From assembly GCA_050253075.1 (NCBI GenBank), contig JBFWJS010000003.1, positions 277,458 to 341,457 of the forward strand: a DNA stretch of 64,000 nt, in the 5' to 3' direction. The DNA is from Deferribacterales bacterium (GTDB lineage: Bacteria > Chrysiogenota > Deferribacteres > Deferribacterales > Geovibrionaceae). The notes beneath the pieces are model-generated. The model saw only the letters and a program-made list of their open reading frames with translations, had not been told where the DNA came from and made no database searches. Position 1 is the stretch's first letter. Each line of letters begins with the position of its first letter. Below are positions 9,407 to 19,827 of the stretch, in pieces. The position numbers and the translations under genes are program-made.

Positions 9407-9946
9407 ATGTTCGGAGTGTGTAAAATCTTGAAGATAAACATCGTATACGCAAGCAGATACGGATCGACAAAACAGGTGTCGGAGCTTATAGGCAGGCACA
9501 TGCCCAATGGAGTGAATGTCCTGAGCGTGGCAGACGCAGGAGCTTTAGACTGTGACGTTATCATACTCGGCTCTGGGATATACGCCAATAAGATGCTCCC
9601 TGAGATGGAGGACTTCATCAGCAGCAATCAGGAAACCCTGAAAGAGAAGAGGGTGGGGCTGTTCGGCGTTGCCATGCGCACAGAGCCTGTGGAGAGGCGT
9701 GGCAAGCTGAGCGGAGGCGTGCTGATATTCGACAGGTATCCTCTGGATCCTTTTGTGAAAGGTATGCTCCACGGCAGGCGTGATTTCTCCGTACTGACGG
9801 ATGAAGACAGGGGAGGGCTGGAGAGGTTTTACAACACCATAGGACTGAGCGAGGAAGAAAAGGCGAACCGCCGAAAGCTGTGTGATGAAGTTTCCGAGGA
9901 AGAGTGCGCTAAGTTTGCAAGGGATGTTATCAGCTCTTTTAAATAA
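9407..9946 (+). CDS. Flavodoxin-domain protein (HemG-like)
   Basis: IVYASRYGST FMN-binding loop; IILGSGIY; true start may be TTG 9428. Confidence 0.75.
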   Translation: MFGVCKILKINIVYASRYGSTKQVSELIGRHMPNGVNVLSVADAGALDCDVIILGSGIYANKMLPEMEDFISSNQETLKEKRVGLFGVAMRTEPVERRGKLSGGVLIFDRYPLDPFVKGMLHGRRDFSVLTDEDRGGLERFYNTIGLSEEEKANRRKLCDEVSEEECAKFARDVISSFK

Positions 9947-10006
9947 AAAAAACTCCCGCCGATCTGAGACCAACGGGAGCTTATTTATAGATCAGCTTAG
10001 AATATA

Positions 10007-10492
10007 TTAAGCGAGCTTTGCAGAGATTATCTTCTGCTCTTCACGAGGTCTGTCCATCATGTCTGTTTCGACCTGCTCGAGCTTTGTCACGTTTTCCATA
10101 CCTTCGACAACCTTTCCGAAGATAGTATGACGGTGATCCAGCCAGTCTGTAGGCACTGTCGTGATGAAGAACTGGCTTCCGTTTGTACATGGACCGGAGT
10201 TTGCCATTGCGAGCAGTCCGGGCACGTCAAATACGTAGTCGTCGTGGAACTCATCCTCGAACTGATCGCCCCAGATGGATTCGCCGCCGTAGCCTGTGCC
10301 TGTGGGGTCGCCCCCCTGAATCATGAAGCCCTCTATGATACGGTGAAAGATTATACCGTCGTAGAATCCGTTTTTAACGTGTGTGGTGAAGTTCTCCACT
10401 GCTTTGGGAGCAATTTCGGGGAAGAGCTTAAACTTTATTTCGCCCTGTGTGGTTTCAAAAATTACAAATTGTTCTTTAGCTTTTTTAGCCAT
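10007..10492 (-). CDS. Cyclophilin-type peptidyl-prolyl isomerase (cytoplasmic)
   Basis: [27 protein letters not shown]. Confidence 0.95.
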   Translation of the reverse strand: MAKKAKEQFVIFETTQGEIKFKLFPEIAPKAVENFTTHVKNGFYDGIIFHRIIEGFMIQGGDPTGTGYGGESIWGDQFEDEFHDDYVFDVPGLLAMANSGPCTNGSQFFITTVPTDWLDHRHTIFGKVVEGMENVTKLEQVETDMMDRPREEQKIISAKLA

Positions 10493-10505
10493 TGTGTATC
10501 GCCTC

Positions 10506-11039
10506 TTACTTTTTAATGTATGCCTTGATTATCTTCTGAGCGTCAAAAGGCATGTCGTATCTATCAGTTTTCACCTTTGAGATGCGCTCGACGACATCGT
10601 ATCCGTCTACAACGTATCCAAAGATGGTGTGTTTGAAATTAAGGTGGGGTGTTGTGGCGACAGTTATGAAGAACTGGCTGCCGTTTGTACCCGGGCCGGA
10701 GTTTGCCATAGCGAGCATACCCGGCTGGCTGAATGTATAGTTTTCGTTGAATTCATCCTCAAAAGGCTTGCCCCAGATGGACATCCCGCCTCTGCCTGTT
10801 TCGGAAGGGTCGCCCCCTTGTATCATGAACTTATCTATAACTCTATGGAATGCTATGCCGTCATAGTATCCGTTCTTTACATGTGTGACAAAGTTTTCCA
10901 CTGCTTTCGGAGCAACAAGCGGAAGCATCTTGAGAGTGATCTTCCCCTGATTTGTTTTAAGGACTACAAATGTGTCCTTGGCGTATACGGCTCCTGTAAG
11001 GAGTATAAAAGAAGTGATGATTAACAGAAGTTTTTTCAT
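10506..11039 (-). CDS. Cyclophilin-type peptidyl-prolyl isomerase (signal peptide, periplasmic)
   Basis: Same motifs plus N-terminal signal peptide; tandem paralog. Confidence 0.95.
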   Translation of the reverse strand: MKKLLLIITSFILLTGAVYAKDTFVVLKTNQGKITLKMLPLVAPKAVENFVTHVKNGYYDGIAFHRVIDKFMIQGGDPSETGRGGMSIWGKPFEDEFNENYTFSQPGMLAMANSGPGTNGSQFFITVATTPHLNFKHTIFGYVVDGYDVVERISKVKTDRYDMPFDAQKIIKAYIKK

Positions 11040-11120
11040 GCCTGCCCTCGTATTATTGTTTAAGTTGGATTTTAGCCTGTTTATGGAGAAAATCCAGAAT
11101 AAATTGAGGGCAGGATGATA

Positions 11121-12746
11121 TTATATCTTTTTGACCTTGATGTTGTATTTCTTGATGCGATAGTTCATCTGGCGCACTGTCATGTCCAGCATGCGTGCTG
11201 CCTTCGCCTGTACCCAGCCTGCTTTCTCAAGAGCCTGTACCACACGCTCTCTTTCGTCCATGTCTCCGCTGATGAGCTCTTCGTCTGCCTCACGGGCATG
11301 ATGAGGCGCTTCGGGCACTCCGCCTGTCTGAGGCGTTATGGAGACAGGTGCTCCCGAGAGCTGCTCCTCCATAAAGTGAGACATACACATCTCGCCTCGC
11401 ATACAGGATATATGGTCGGTCTTTATCATGCCGTCGCCCGCTTCAAAAGCGGATCTTTCCAGACAGTTTTCCAGTTCCCGTATATTACCGGGGTAGTTAC
11501 AGTGCATAAGAGCCTGCAATGCCTCGGGTGCTATGCTGAAGTCTTTGTCATAGCGTTTGCTGAGGTTTTTCAGTATGTGTGCGGCTATTTCGGGGATGTC
11601 CTCTTTACGCTTGCGCAGAGGGGGGAGGAATATAGCGAACACATTCAGCCTGTAGTAAAGGTCGAGCCTGAATTCGCCGTGCTGTACTGCTGCCTCGAGG
11701 TTTTTATTTGTCGCTGCGAGGATGCGCACATCGACCTTGACGGGTTTGTTCCCGCCGAGCTTTTCGACAACCTTATCCTGAAGCACACGTAGCAGCTTGC
11801 TCTGTGCCTCCATCGGCATGTCGCCTATCTCGTCGAGGAATATGGTTCCGCCGTCGGCCTGTTCGAATTTACCTTTCTTTTCACCCGCTGCACCCGTGAA
11901 TGCACCCTTAGAATAACCGAAAAGTTCGCTTTCGATCAGTTCGCCCGGGATAGCGGCGCAGTTTACTGCTACGAAAGGCTTCTTGCTGCGTGGGCTGTTA
12001 TAATGTATGGTTTTTGCCACTACCTCTTTACCTGTTCCGCTTTCGCCCCTTATGAGCACTGCGGAGTCAGAGGCCGTGACCATCTGTATCTTTTCCATCA
12101 CCTTGCGCATCAGGCGTCCTGAGCCAACGAGCCCTTCGAACTGATACTTCTTGGACACTTCGCCCATCAGCTTCAGCTTTTCCTGCTCTATGCGTGATTT
12201 CTCTTCCTGAATGGCTTCCATCTCACTGGTGAAGAACTGCACCTTATGCAGAAATGACGCCATGAGAGTGGCTATCATCTTGAGTATATCCACATCTGTG
12301 GTGATGCTGTAAATCTTAGAGACGACCTTATCCACCGCCAGTACTCCATAGGTCTTACCCTGATGGTTTATAGGTACGGCGATGAAGCTGATCTCTTCCT
12401 CTTTGACCTGCCTTCCGAGCTTGTTGAGGAACATCGGCTCTTTCGAAACATCGGGTATGAGTATAGGTATGCCGAAACGGAACACCTTGCCCACTACACC
12501 TTCGTCTGCGGTGTATCTGACATTCTTCACCGGGCCTTCGTCACTGTCCAGTCCGATGGATGCTTCGACTACGAGCTCTCCTGTATCTTTGTCCTGCAGG
12601 AGGATGATGCCTCTTTCCATAGATAGAGTATCAGACATCTGTAACAGCGAGCGGTACAGCGAGTGCTGTATCATGTTAGAACTGTTCAATATGACGCTGA
12701 TCTCATAAATAGTGTTCAATGCTGTTTTGTAATAATTTGCGTTCAT
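11121..12746 (-). CDS. nifA: Nif-specific sigma54 activator NifA
   Basis: GAF domain, [15 protein letters not shown]-terminal [14 protein letters not shown]; located in nif cluster. Confidence 0.93.
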   Translation of the reverse strand: MNANYYKTALNTIYEISVILNSSNMIQHSLYRSLLQMSDTLSMERGIILLQDKDTGELVVEASIGLDSDEGPVKNVRYTADEGVVGKVFRFGIPILIPDVSKEPMFLNKLGRQVKEEEISFIAVPINHQGKTYGVLAVDKVVSKIYSITTDVDILKMIATLMASFLHKVQFFTSEMEAIQEEKSRIEQEKLKLMGEVSKKYQFEGLVGSGRLMRKVMEKIQMVTASDSAVLIRGESGTGKEVVAKTIHYNSPRSKKPFVAVNCAAIPGELIESELFGYSKGAFTGAAGEKKGKFEQADGGTIFLDEIGDMPMEAQSKLLRVLQDKVVEKLGGNKPVKVDVRILAATNKNLEAAVQHGEFRLDLYYRLNVFAIFLPPLRKRKEDIPEIAAHILKNLSKRYDKDFSIAPEALQALMHCNYPGNIRELENCLERSAFEAGDGMIKTDHISCMRGEMCMSHFMEEQLSGAPVSITPQTGGVPEAPHHAREADEELISGDMDERERVVQALEKAGWVQAKAARMLDMTVRQMNYRIKKYNIKVKKI

Positions 12747-12820
12747 GTTTCCCTTTCGAGCAATGTATATGCCATGTGTTGTGTCTATGGCTTAAATATA
12801 GCACTATCCGGCTTAGAAAG

Positions 12821-12836
12821 TGTCATAAACCTTACA
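12821..12836. promoter_or_regulatory. NifA UAS (TGT-N10-ACA)
   Basis: TGT-CATAAACCTT-ACA, about 75 bp upstream of nifA. Confidence 0.55.
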
Positions 12837-12973
12837 AAGCCTATTTGTGACGTTTCGCCATTATAAAAAAATTCACTATACAGATAAAGCAAAATAGAAC
12901 ACTGCTCATAATTTCATCAAATATAGTCTATTTTTTGAGCGGTATCGGGTGTCTGAATCCTTGTAAGGATTTA

Positions 12974-13011
12974 TGTTACATTCTTAACATTATATTGTAC
13001 AGATAATTACA
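12974..13011. promoter_or_regulatory. Two NifA UAS sites
   Basis: TGT-TACATTCTTA-ACA 12974-12989 and TGT-ACAGATAATT-ACA 12996-13011. Confidence 0.75.
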
Positions 13012-13062
13012 CAAGACTTTTTTTATTTTGTTAAATCATTGATAAATATAGATGTGTAAAAC

Positions 13063-13078
13063 TGGCACGCTCCTTGCA
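13063..13078 (+). promoter_or_regulatory. Sigma54 -24/-12 promoter of fdxB-nifZ
   Basis: TGGCACGCTCCTTGCA; IHF consensus on the minus strand at 13032-13044. Confidence 0.9.
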
Positions 13079-13124
13079 TGTATGAAGTCGAAATTTAAGT
13101 ATCAAAAATAGAAGGAGTTTAATT

Positions 13125-13388
13125 ATGGCTTTTGTAACTGGAACAAAGAAAAACGGATCTTCATGGACACCGCAATTCGTAACTAGTATCGATAAAGAGG
13201 TCTGCATCGGCTGCGCCAGATGTTTCAAATCCTGCGCATACGGTTGCCTCGGACCATACGAAATAGAGGAAGAAGACGATGCGAGAATGATCATGCAGGT
13301 AACAAACGATGGTAACTGCATCGGCTGCCGTGCATGCTCTAAGGCATGCCCAAAAGGATGTCTCACACACGAACCACTGGAGGCTTAA
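13125..13388 (+). CDS. fdxB: Nif-specific ferredoxin III, 2[4Fe-4S]
   Basis: WTPQFV..ID...CIGCARCFKSC and CIGCRACSKACP. Confidence 0.85.
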   Translation: MAFVTGTKKNGSSWTPQFVTSIDKEVCIGCARCFKSCAYGCLGPYEIEEEDDARMIMQVTNDGNCIGCRACSKACPKGCLTHEPLEA

Positions 13389-13389
13389 T

Positions 13390-13662
13390 ATGGCTCTTAC
13401 AATCAACTCTAAGGTCAAGGTCAATAAGATCATCCGCGACGACGGCACATGTGCCGGATGCAGCAGAGGTGATGAAATAGCATATGTCGGTCAGGAAGGA
13501 TTTATCTGTGATATTCAGGATTTCCTCTTCCAGCCTGTATATGTCGTACATTTTATGCACTCTAACAAGCGCATAGGTTTCCGCGAAGGCGAGCTCACCG
13601 TTATCGAGCGCTTCGACGATGAAACAGAGACCTGGATAAAAGTAGAAGAGGTAAACGCCTAG
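13390..13662 (+). CDS. nifZ: NifZ family protein
   Basis: IRDDGT..G..RG....G..G and Y.VHF.....IGFREGEL motifs. Confidence 0.85.
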   Translation: MALTINSKVKVNKIIRDDGTCAGCSRGDEIAYVGQEGFICDIQDFLFQPVYVVHFMHSNKRIGFREGELTVIERFDDETETWIKVEEVNA

Positions 13663-13726
13663 CATCTGCTTTTGAGTAAATCAGTTCAGACTGATAGAAA
13701 CTTAGAGAGTAAGGTTTTGAGAATTC

Positions 13727-13760
13727 AAAGGCGCGGTGCTAATGAGTACTGCGCCTTTTT
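13727..13760 (+). terminator. Rho-independent terminator
   Basis: AAAGGCGCGGTGCT-AATG-AGTACTGCGCCTTTTT. Confidence 0.85.
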
Positions 13761-13792
13761 GTTTTCAGTTGTAGGGCATCGTTTAGATATAA

Positions 13793-13987
13793 GGCTAAGA
13801 TTGCTTCACTGCGTTCGCAATGACTAAAAAACGCAGCGAGAGGTAAAATTCTTGAGGACGAAGAATTTTACTTAGTAATTGTTGTTTGAATTATTAATAT
13901 GCCGGGCTGAGATGCCCGTTGTGATGAGCAAAAAGCGAAATGGTTGTTTTCCTCTGGCTAAGATTGCTTCACTGCGTTCGCAATGAC
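13793..13987. repeat. Two identical 32-bp REP-like half elements
   Basis: GGCTAAGATTGCTTCACTGCGTTCGCAATGAC at 13793-13824 and 13956-13987. Confidence 0.9.
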
Positions 13988-14171
13988 AAAACCTTGAATC
14001 CAGAAAGGATTCCACGGAGCGAGCTGAGTCAATTAGAGTTTACATGCAGGATGCATGTCACGGAGCGAACCGCAAGAGGCTTTGCCTCTGGAGGTTTCGG
14101 CGGAGTGGGAACGAGCCTTGCTTTTAACAAGGCGAGAGACTGAATTATTTTTCTAGGACAGAAAAATAATA

Positions 14172-14990
14172 TTAATAATATGTCACTTCCGTGTCGTACC
14201 GCCCGCCGAGGACAAGGTATTCCTTTTCCCCTGCGAATTTAACATTCGGCAGTATCTCCGAGAAGAAGACTATCTTTGTATAAGGTATGTTTGACTTCAG
14301 GATGTAGTCGCCGAAGGAAGAGGCGATGTCTCTGTCTGAGGTGAAGGATACCAGAGAGTTCTGCTCTATGCAGATCATCTTATCCTCCAGTTCTTTAACA
14401 ACCAGATGCTCTGAGAGGTCGTTTACGCCTCTGTAGAGTGTCAGCTTAGGGAGTTTATCTGAGTAAAACGACTCAAGGATGACCTGTGTGTAGGTGTACA
14501 GAAGATCAAGCTGATGAAATATAAGGTTTTTGTTCAGCCTGTGATCCATCTTCTCCACCATATATTCATAGTATTCTTCAGAGTTCATGTCGGGGATGAT
14601 GTCTTTGTGAAAGAATGGAGTGATGCCGAAGCGGCTCTCTACCCAGCCTTTCATGACAGCGCCTTCGATGCTGTTGGAGTCGAAGAGCCAGCCTTTTAAA
14701 AGTCTGGAATAGCTTCCCATCTTTTTACCGTTGTGCTTTTCGTTCAGGGAGAAGAGCGAATCCATAGAGCATGTGAAGATGTATGCGGCTTCTTCGATAT
14801 TATCGGCTTTCTTAATGGCTTTAAAGATTTCGCCGTAATATTCCCACACGCCGCTTATGGTGATGGGGAGAACCTTCTGGTTATACTCATTGCTGACGAA
14901 CATTCCAGTGGGGATATTTATCAGGTTTGTGTAATGGTAAAACCTTTTTAAGTCTTTAAGTTTATTGATAGACTTCTTTTTGATGCTCAT
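14172..14990 (-). CDS. draT: NAD+-dinitrogenase-reductase ADP-ribosyltransferase
   Basis: LLKGWLFDSNS.EGAVMKGWVESRFG, LYRGVN, GEKEYLVLGG. Confidence 0.93.
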   Translation of the reverse strand: MSIKKKSINKLKDLKRFYHYTNLINIPTGMFVSNEYNQKVLPITISGVWEYYGEIFKAIKKADNIEEAAYIFTCSMDSLFSLNEKHNGKKMGSYSRLLKGWLFDSNSIEGAVMKGWVESRFGITPFFHKDIIPDMNSEEYYEYMVEKMDHRLNKNLIFHQLDLLYTYTQVILESFYSDKLPKLTLYRGVNDLSEHLVVKELEDKMICIEQNSLVSFTSDRDIASSFGDYILKSNIPYTKIVFFSEILPNVKFAGEKEYLVLGGRYDTEVTYY

Positions 14991-15027
14991 GATAATGAAT
15001 AATGAAATAAGTTGGCAGAGTTTGCAA

Positions 15028-15921
15028 ATGAAAAATGATATAGAGGCGAATGTTATTGCTAGTTATCTCGGTCTCGCCGTGGGGGATGCTCTGGGTGCGA
15101 CAACGGAATTCATGACTCCGAGAGAAGTACGTGCGACATATGGGGTGCACAATAAGATCATCGGCGGGGGCTGGCTCCACCTGAAAGCTGGGCGTGTCAC
15201 AGACGACACAGAGATGAGCCTTGCTCTTGGTGACAGCATTGTCGAGGCCGAGGGATTCAGCATCAACAAGGTGGGCGACCACTTTGTTACATGGATGCGG
15301 TCGAAGCCTGTGGACATAGGCAGCACCGTAAGGAAAGGGCTCAGGGAATATATGCTGCAGGGGATAACGATTCAGGAAGAATCGGATCTGTCGGCCGGAA
15401 ACGGCGCGGCGATGAGAAACCTCCCTATCATCATATATTGTCTGAAAAAGTGGGACTACTTCGAACAGATGACACGCATGCAGTCTCACCTTACACATAA
15501 TAATAAGAAGTCTGACCTTATCACACTCTGCTTTGGCGAGATGACAAAGACACTGCTGGAAACAGGGGATAAGCTGCAGGCTCTGAACATAGCGAACAAG
15601 CTAATAAGGCTTAACCCGAAATTCTCCTATTCTACATATAAGGGCGAGGCTTCGGGATATATAGTGGATACTTTCAAGACTGTCATGCATCACTTTGCAG
15701 ACAGCTCTGATTTCGAAGAGACAATGCTGCGTGTGGTGAATCAGGGCGGCGACGCCGACACAAACGGAGCGATAGCAGGTATGCTGGCAGGTGCCCTTTA
15801 CGGCATAGACAGCATACCGTCCAAATGGCTGAAAAAGATCGACCAGACTGTCGTAAAAGATATTAAAATACAGACAAAGAAGCTGCTCGAGCTTCCTGTG
15901 AGGTACAGTGATGAAGTTTGA
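15028..15921 (+). CDS. draG: ADP-ribosyl-[dinitrogenase reductase] glycohydrolase
   Basis: GDALGATTEF, GGGWLHLKAGRVTDDTEMS, GNGAAMR, GGDADT. Confidence 0.93.
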   Translation: MKNDIEANVIASYLGLAVGDALGATTEFMTPREVRATYGVHNKIIGGGWLHLKAGRVTDDTEMSLALGDSIVEAEGFSINKVGDHFVTWMRSKPVDIGSTVRKGLREYMLQGITIQEESDLSAGNGAAMRNLPIIIYCLKKWDYFEQMTRMQSHLTHNNKKSDLITLCFGEMTKTLLETGDKLQALNIANKLIRLNPKFSYSTYKGEASGYIVDTFKTVMHHFADSSDFEETMLRVVNQGGDADTNGAIAGMLAGALYGIDSIPSKWLKKIDQTVVKDIKIQTKKLLELPVRYSDEV

Positions 15922-16357
15922 AACTGCAAATCTGATAGAATTCCTTGAATATTATCCCGTGGTAATTACCACAAACGGAACAGTGAAAAAAGACGGCAAA
16001 GCGAACCTCGGCAGGGGTAACGCTAAAGAGATAGGTAAGGTTTACGCATGGCTCAGCGATAAACTGGGCAAGCTGATAACCGAAAAAGGAAACCACGTAC
16101 ATTATATAGATAAGAATCTGGTCAGCTTCCCTGTGGAGGAAACATGGACATCCTATGCAGACATCAGACTTGTGGAACGCTCTGCCTGGGAGCTGAGAGA
16201 CCTTGTGGATGAAAAGGGCTGGGACAAGATTTATATGCCTCTCCCCGGGTGCGGCGGCGGCGGACTGCGTCCTTCGGATGTTATCTCCGTGCTTGCTCCT
16301 ATACTGGACGACAGGTTCATCGTTTTGAATAAAGGTGAAGTGCCGGCACTTCTGTAA
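15911..16357 (+). CDS. Macro-domain (ADP-ribose-binding/hydrolase) protein
   Basis: VITTN...LGRGNAK, VSFPV, IYMPLPGCGGGGL macro-type loops; overlaps the draG stop. Confidence 0.75.
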   Translation: MKFETANLIEFLEYYPVVITTNGTVKKDGKANLGRGNAKEIGKVYAWLSDKLGKLITEKGNHVHYIDKNLVSFPVEETWTSYADIRLVERSAWELRDLVDEKGWDKIYMPLPGCGGGGLRPSDVISVLAPILDDRFIVLNKGEVPALL

Positions 16358-16428
16358 AAAAACTTACAATTTCTTCATAAAGTGCTATCATTGACACAAT
16401 ATATACATTGATTTTGTCGGTGGTGCAG

Positions 16429-17190
16429 ATGATCCGTAATATTACAGCCAAGCTCCGCAGGGAGTATACTGACAATAGAAAGATTTTGGCTGAGACAGTT
16501 TTTTTAATTCTTGTATCGGTTCTGACAATCATGCTTTTTGATATCTTCAATGTCACTGAAGCATTCTACGAATTCACAAGAAACCATGAGGAATATAACC
16601 TTGACGAGGTGGTCTTCGCACTTTCCGTCATATCCTTATACCTCATGATATTCGTCACCAGAAGATTCCTCGAACTCCGCAGATACATCATAAAGGCGAA
16701 TACGGATGCCCTCATCGGTATTTTCAACCGCCGTAAGGGGAGCGAGATCATCAATGATGAAATGACAAAAGCGAAAAGAAGAGGCAACAGGGTCTCTCTT
16801 ATAATGTATGATCTGGACAATTTCAAAAAGATAAACGACTCACTCGGACATAATATCGGCGATGCCGTTCTGAAAGATGTCGCATCTCTGGTTGATTCCG
16901 AGATACGTGTCAGAGATTCCCACATCAGATGGGGAGGGGAGGAGTTCATCATCCTCTGCCCGGATACAGACCTCGACGGAGCGACAAAGATTGCCGAGAG
17001 ATGCAGACGCATCATAGACGAGACAGAGATAGTTTTCGGACGTCCTGTGACAGCCAGCTTCGGCGTTATAGAGATAAAGCTGGAGTCTGACCTCCGTGAC
17101 AACATCGAGATACTGGACAAGATGCTCTATAAGAGCAAAGAAAGCGGAAAGAACAACGTCATCTGCAGTCTTGCAGACGGCTGCAGGTAA
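16429..17190 (+). CDS. Membrane diguanylate cyclase
   Basis: Two TM segments; DLDNFKKINDSLGH; RVRD I-site; RWGGEEF. Confidence 0.88.
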   Translation: MIRNITAKLRREYTDNRKILAETVFLILVSVLTIMLFDIFNVTEAFYEFTRNHEEYNLDEVVFALSVISLYLMIFVTRRFLELRRYIIKANTDALIGIFNRRKGSEIINDEMTKAKRRGNRVSLIMYDLDNFKKINDSLGHNIGDAVLKDVASLVDSEIRVRDSHIRWGGEEFIILCPDTDLDGATKIAERCRRIIDETEIVFGRPVTASFGVIEIKLESDLRDNIEILDKMLYKSKESGKNNVICSLADGCR

Positions 17191-17218
17191 CACACCTACC
17201 ACATCCCAATACGTGCTT

Positions 17219-17285
17219 TGTAATTATTGTTACAATCATATGTCAGGTTGCAAAATGTCGTAATTGTCATGTTTGTAACATTACA
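17219..17285. promoter_or_regulatory. NifA UAS cluster of nifH
   Basis: TGT-N10-ACA at 17219-17234, 17265-17280 and 17270-17285. Confidence 0.8.
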
Positions 17286-17329
17286 AAACACACGACAAAA
17301 CATTACACTCAAAAGTGACAATCCTTAAT

Positions 17330-17363
17330 TATCAATGATTTAAAATTTGGCACGCATCTTGTT
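17330..17363 (+). promoter_or_regulatory. IHF site and sigma54 promoter of nifH
   Basis: TATCAATGATTTA 17330-17342; TGGCACGCATCTTGTT 17348-17363 (-12 is GT). Confidence 0.8.
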
Positions 17364-17369
17364 ATATAG

Positions 17370-18272
<903 letters not shown>

Positions 18273-18320
18273 GCACCAATTAAAACCGACTCTGAATTTA
18301 ATTAAATATATGCTCCTCTG

Positions 18321-18338
18321 CTCCCCCTTCGGGGGGAG
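18321..18338 (+). other. UUCG-tetraloop hairpin between nifH and nifD
   Basis: CTCCCCC-TTCG-GGGGGAG. Confidence 0.7.
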
Positions 18339-18367
18339 ACAGTGGGAGACTGTAAAGAGGTAATAAA

Positions 18368-19810
18368 ATGTCTAAGAAGAACGTACACGAACACGGCGTT
18401 GAGGTGATGGAAGAGATCCTCAACGGATATAATGATAAAACAGCGAAAGACAGAAAGAAAAAACTCGATGTTGTGACAGCTGATGACGTTAAATGCGGAA
18501 TCAACGCCAACAGAAAGATCCGTCCCGGTGTTATGTCTATGCGCGGCTGTGCATATGCCGGAGCTAAAGGGGTGGTTTTCGGACCTATCAAGGATATGAT
18601 ACATATCTCTCACGGTCCTGTCGGCTGCGGTCAGTACTCATGGGCTGCCCGTCGTAACTTCGCTAACGGTATCGCAGGTATTGATAACTATGTTACAATG
18701 CAGATCACTTCCGACTTCCAGGAAAAAGATATCGTTTTCGGCGGCGATAAAAAACTTACAAACCTTATAGAGGAAGCAAACACACTTTTCCCACTTAACA
18801 AAGGTGTATCTATCCTCTCTGAGTGTCCTATCGGTCTTATCGGTGACGATATCGAGGCTGTTGCAAGACAAACAGCTAAAACAATAGAGAAGCCTGTTAT
18901 TCCTTGCCGTTGTGAAGGCTTCCGCGGTGTTTCACAGTCACTCGGACACCACATCGCAAACGACTCCCTTAGAGACTGGGTATACGAGAAAGACCTCGAA
19001 GGCGCTGCTTTCGAAGCTTCTCCATACGACGTAGCACTTATCGGTGACTACAACATCGGTGGTGATGCTTGGGCTTCCCGTATGATACTCGAAGACATGG
19101 GTCTTAACGTTGTCGCACAGAACACAGGTGACGCTACAGTAAGTGAGATCGCTAACACTCAGAGAGTGAAGGTAATCCTCATCCACTGCTACCGTTCTAT
19201 GAACTACATCTCAAGATACATCGAAGAGAAGAAAGGTATCCCATGGGTAGAGTTCAACTTCTTCGGTCCTACTCAGATCGTTAAATCTATGAGAAAGATC
19301 GCTGAGATGTTCGACGACAAGATCAAAGAGCAGACAGAGAAAGTTATCAAAGAAAAATACGAGCCTGCATTCAAGAAAATTCTTGATAAATTCAAGCCTA
19401 GACTTGAAGGCAAAAATGCAATGCTCTTCGTTGGTGGTCTTCGCCCAAGACACACTATCCCTGCTTTCCGTGACCTCGGTGTTGAGGTTGCTATCACAGG
19501 TTACGAATTCGCACACAATGACGACTACGCTAGAACACTGGAATATGTTGAAAACACAACATTCATCGTAGACGACATGAACGAATACGAACTGGAGAAA
19601 CTTATAGAGAACTTCAAACCTGACCTTATCGGTTCCGGTATCAAAGAGAAGTACTCTACACAGAAAGCCGGTATCCCATTCCGTCAGATGCACTCATGGG
19701 ACTACTCCGGTCCTTACCACGGCCTCGACGGTTTCGCAGTATTCGCAAGAGACATGGACATGGCAGTAAACGGCCCTGTATGGGACAAATTCACTGCACC
19801 ATGGAAATAA
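18368..19810 (+). CDS. nifD: Nitrogenase MoFe protein alpha chain
   Basis: [29 protein letters not shown]. Confidence 0.98.
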   Translation: MSKKNVHEHGVEVMEEILNGYNDKTAKDRKKKLDVVTADDVKCGINANRKIRPGVMSMRGCAYAGAKGVVFGPIKDMIHISHGPVGCGQYSWAARRNFANGIAGIDNYVTMQITSDFQEKDIVFGGDKKLTNLIEEANTLFPLNKGVSILSECPIGLIGDDIEAVARQTAKTIEKPVIPCRCEGFRGVSQSLGHHIANDSLRDWVYEKDLEGAAFEASPYDVALIGDYNIGGDAWASRMILEDMGLNVVAQNTGDATVSEIANTQRVKVILIHCYRSMNYISRYIEEKKGIPWVEFNFFGPTQIVKSMRKIAEMFDDKIKEQTEKVIKEKYEPAFKKILDKFKPRLEGKNAMLFVGGLRPRHTIPAFRDLGVEVAITGYEFAHNDDYARTLEYVENTTFIVDDMNEYELEKLIENFKPDLIGSGIKEKYSTQKAGIPFRQMHSWDYSGPYHGLDGFAVFARDMDMAVNGPVWDKFTAPWK

Positions 19811-19827
19811 TTTAGGGAGTTAATACA

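Noticed and set aside
13793..13987. 32-bp exact direct repeat as a CRISPR array
   Set aside because: Only two copies, a 131-bp spacer, no cas genes, and the unit matches the GTCA/TGAC palindrome family
15013..15026. TGGCAGAGTTTGCA as a sigma54 promoter for draG
   Set aside because: GG-to-GC spacing is 8 rather than 10, and it abuts the start codon
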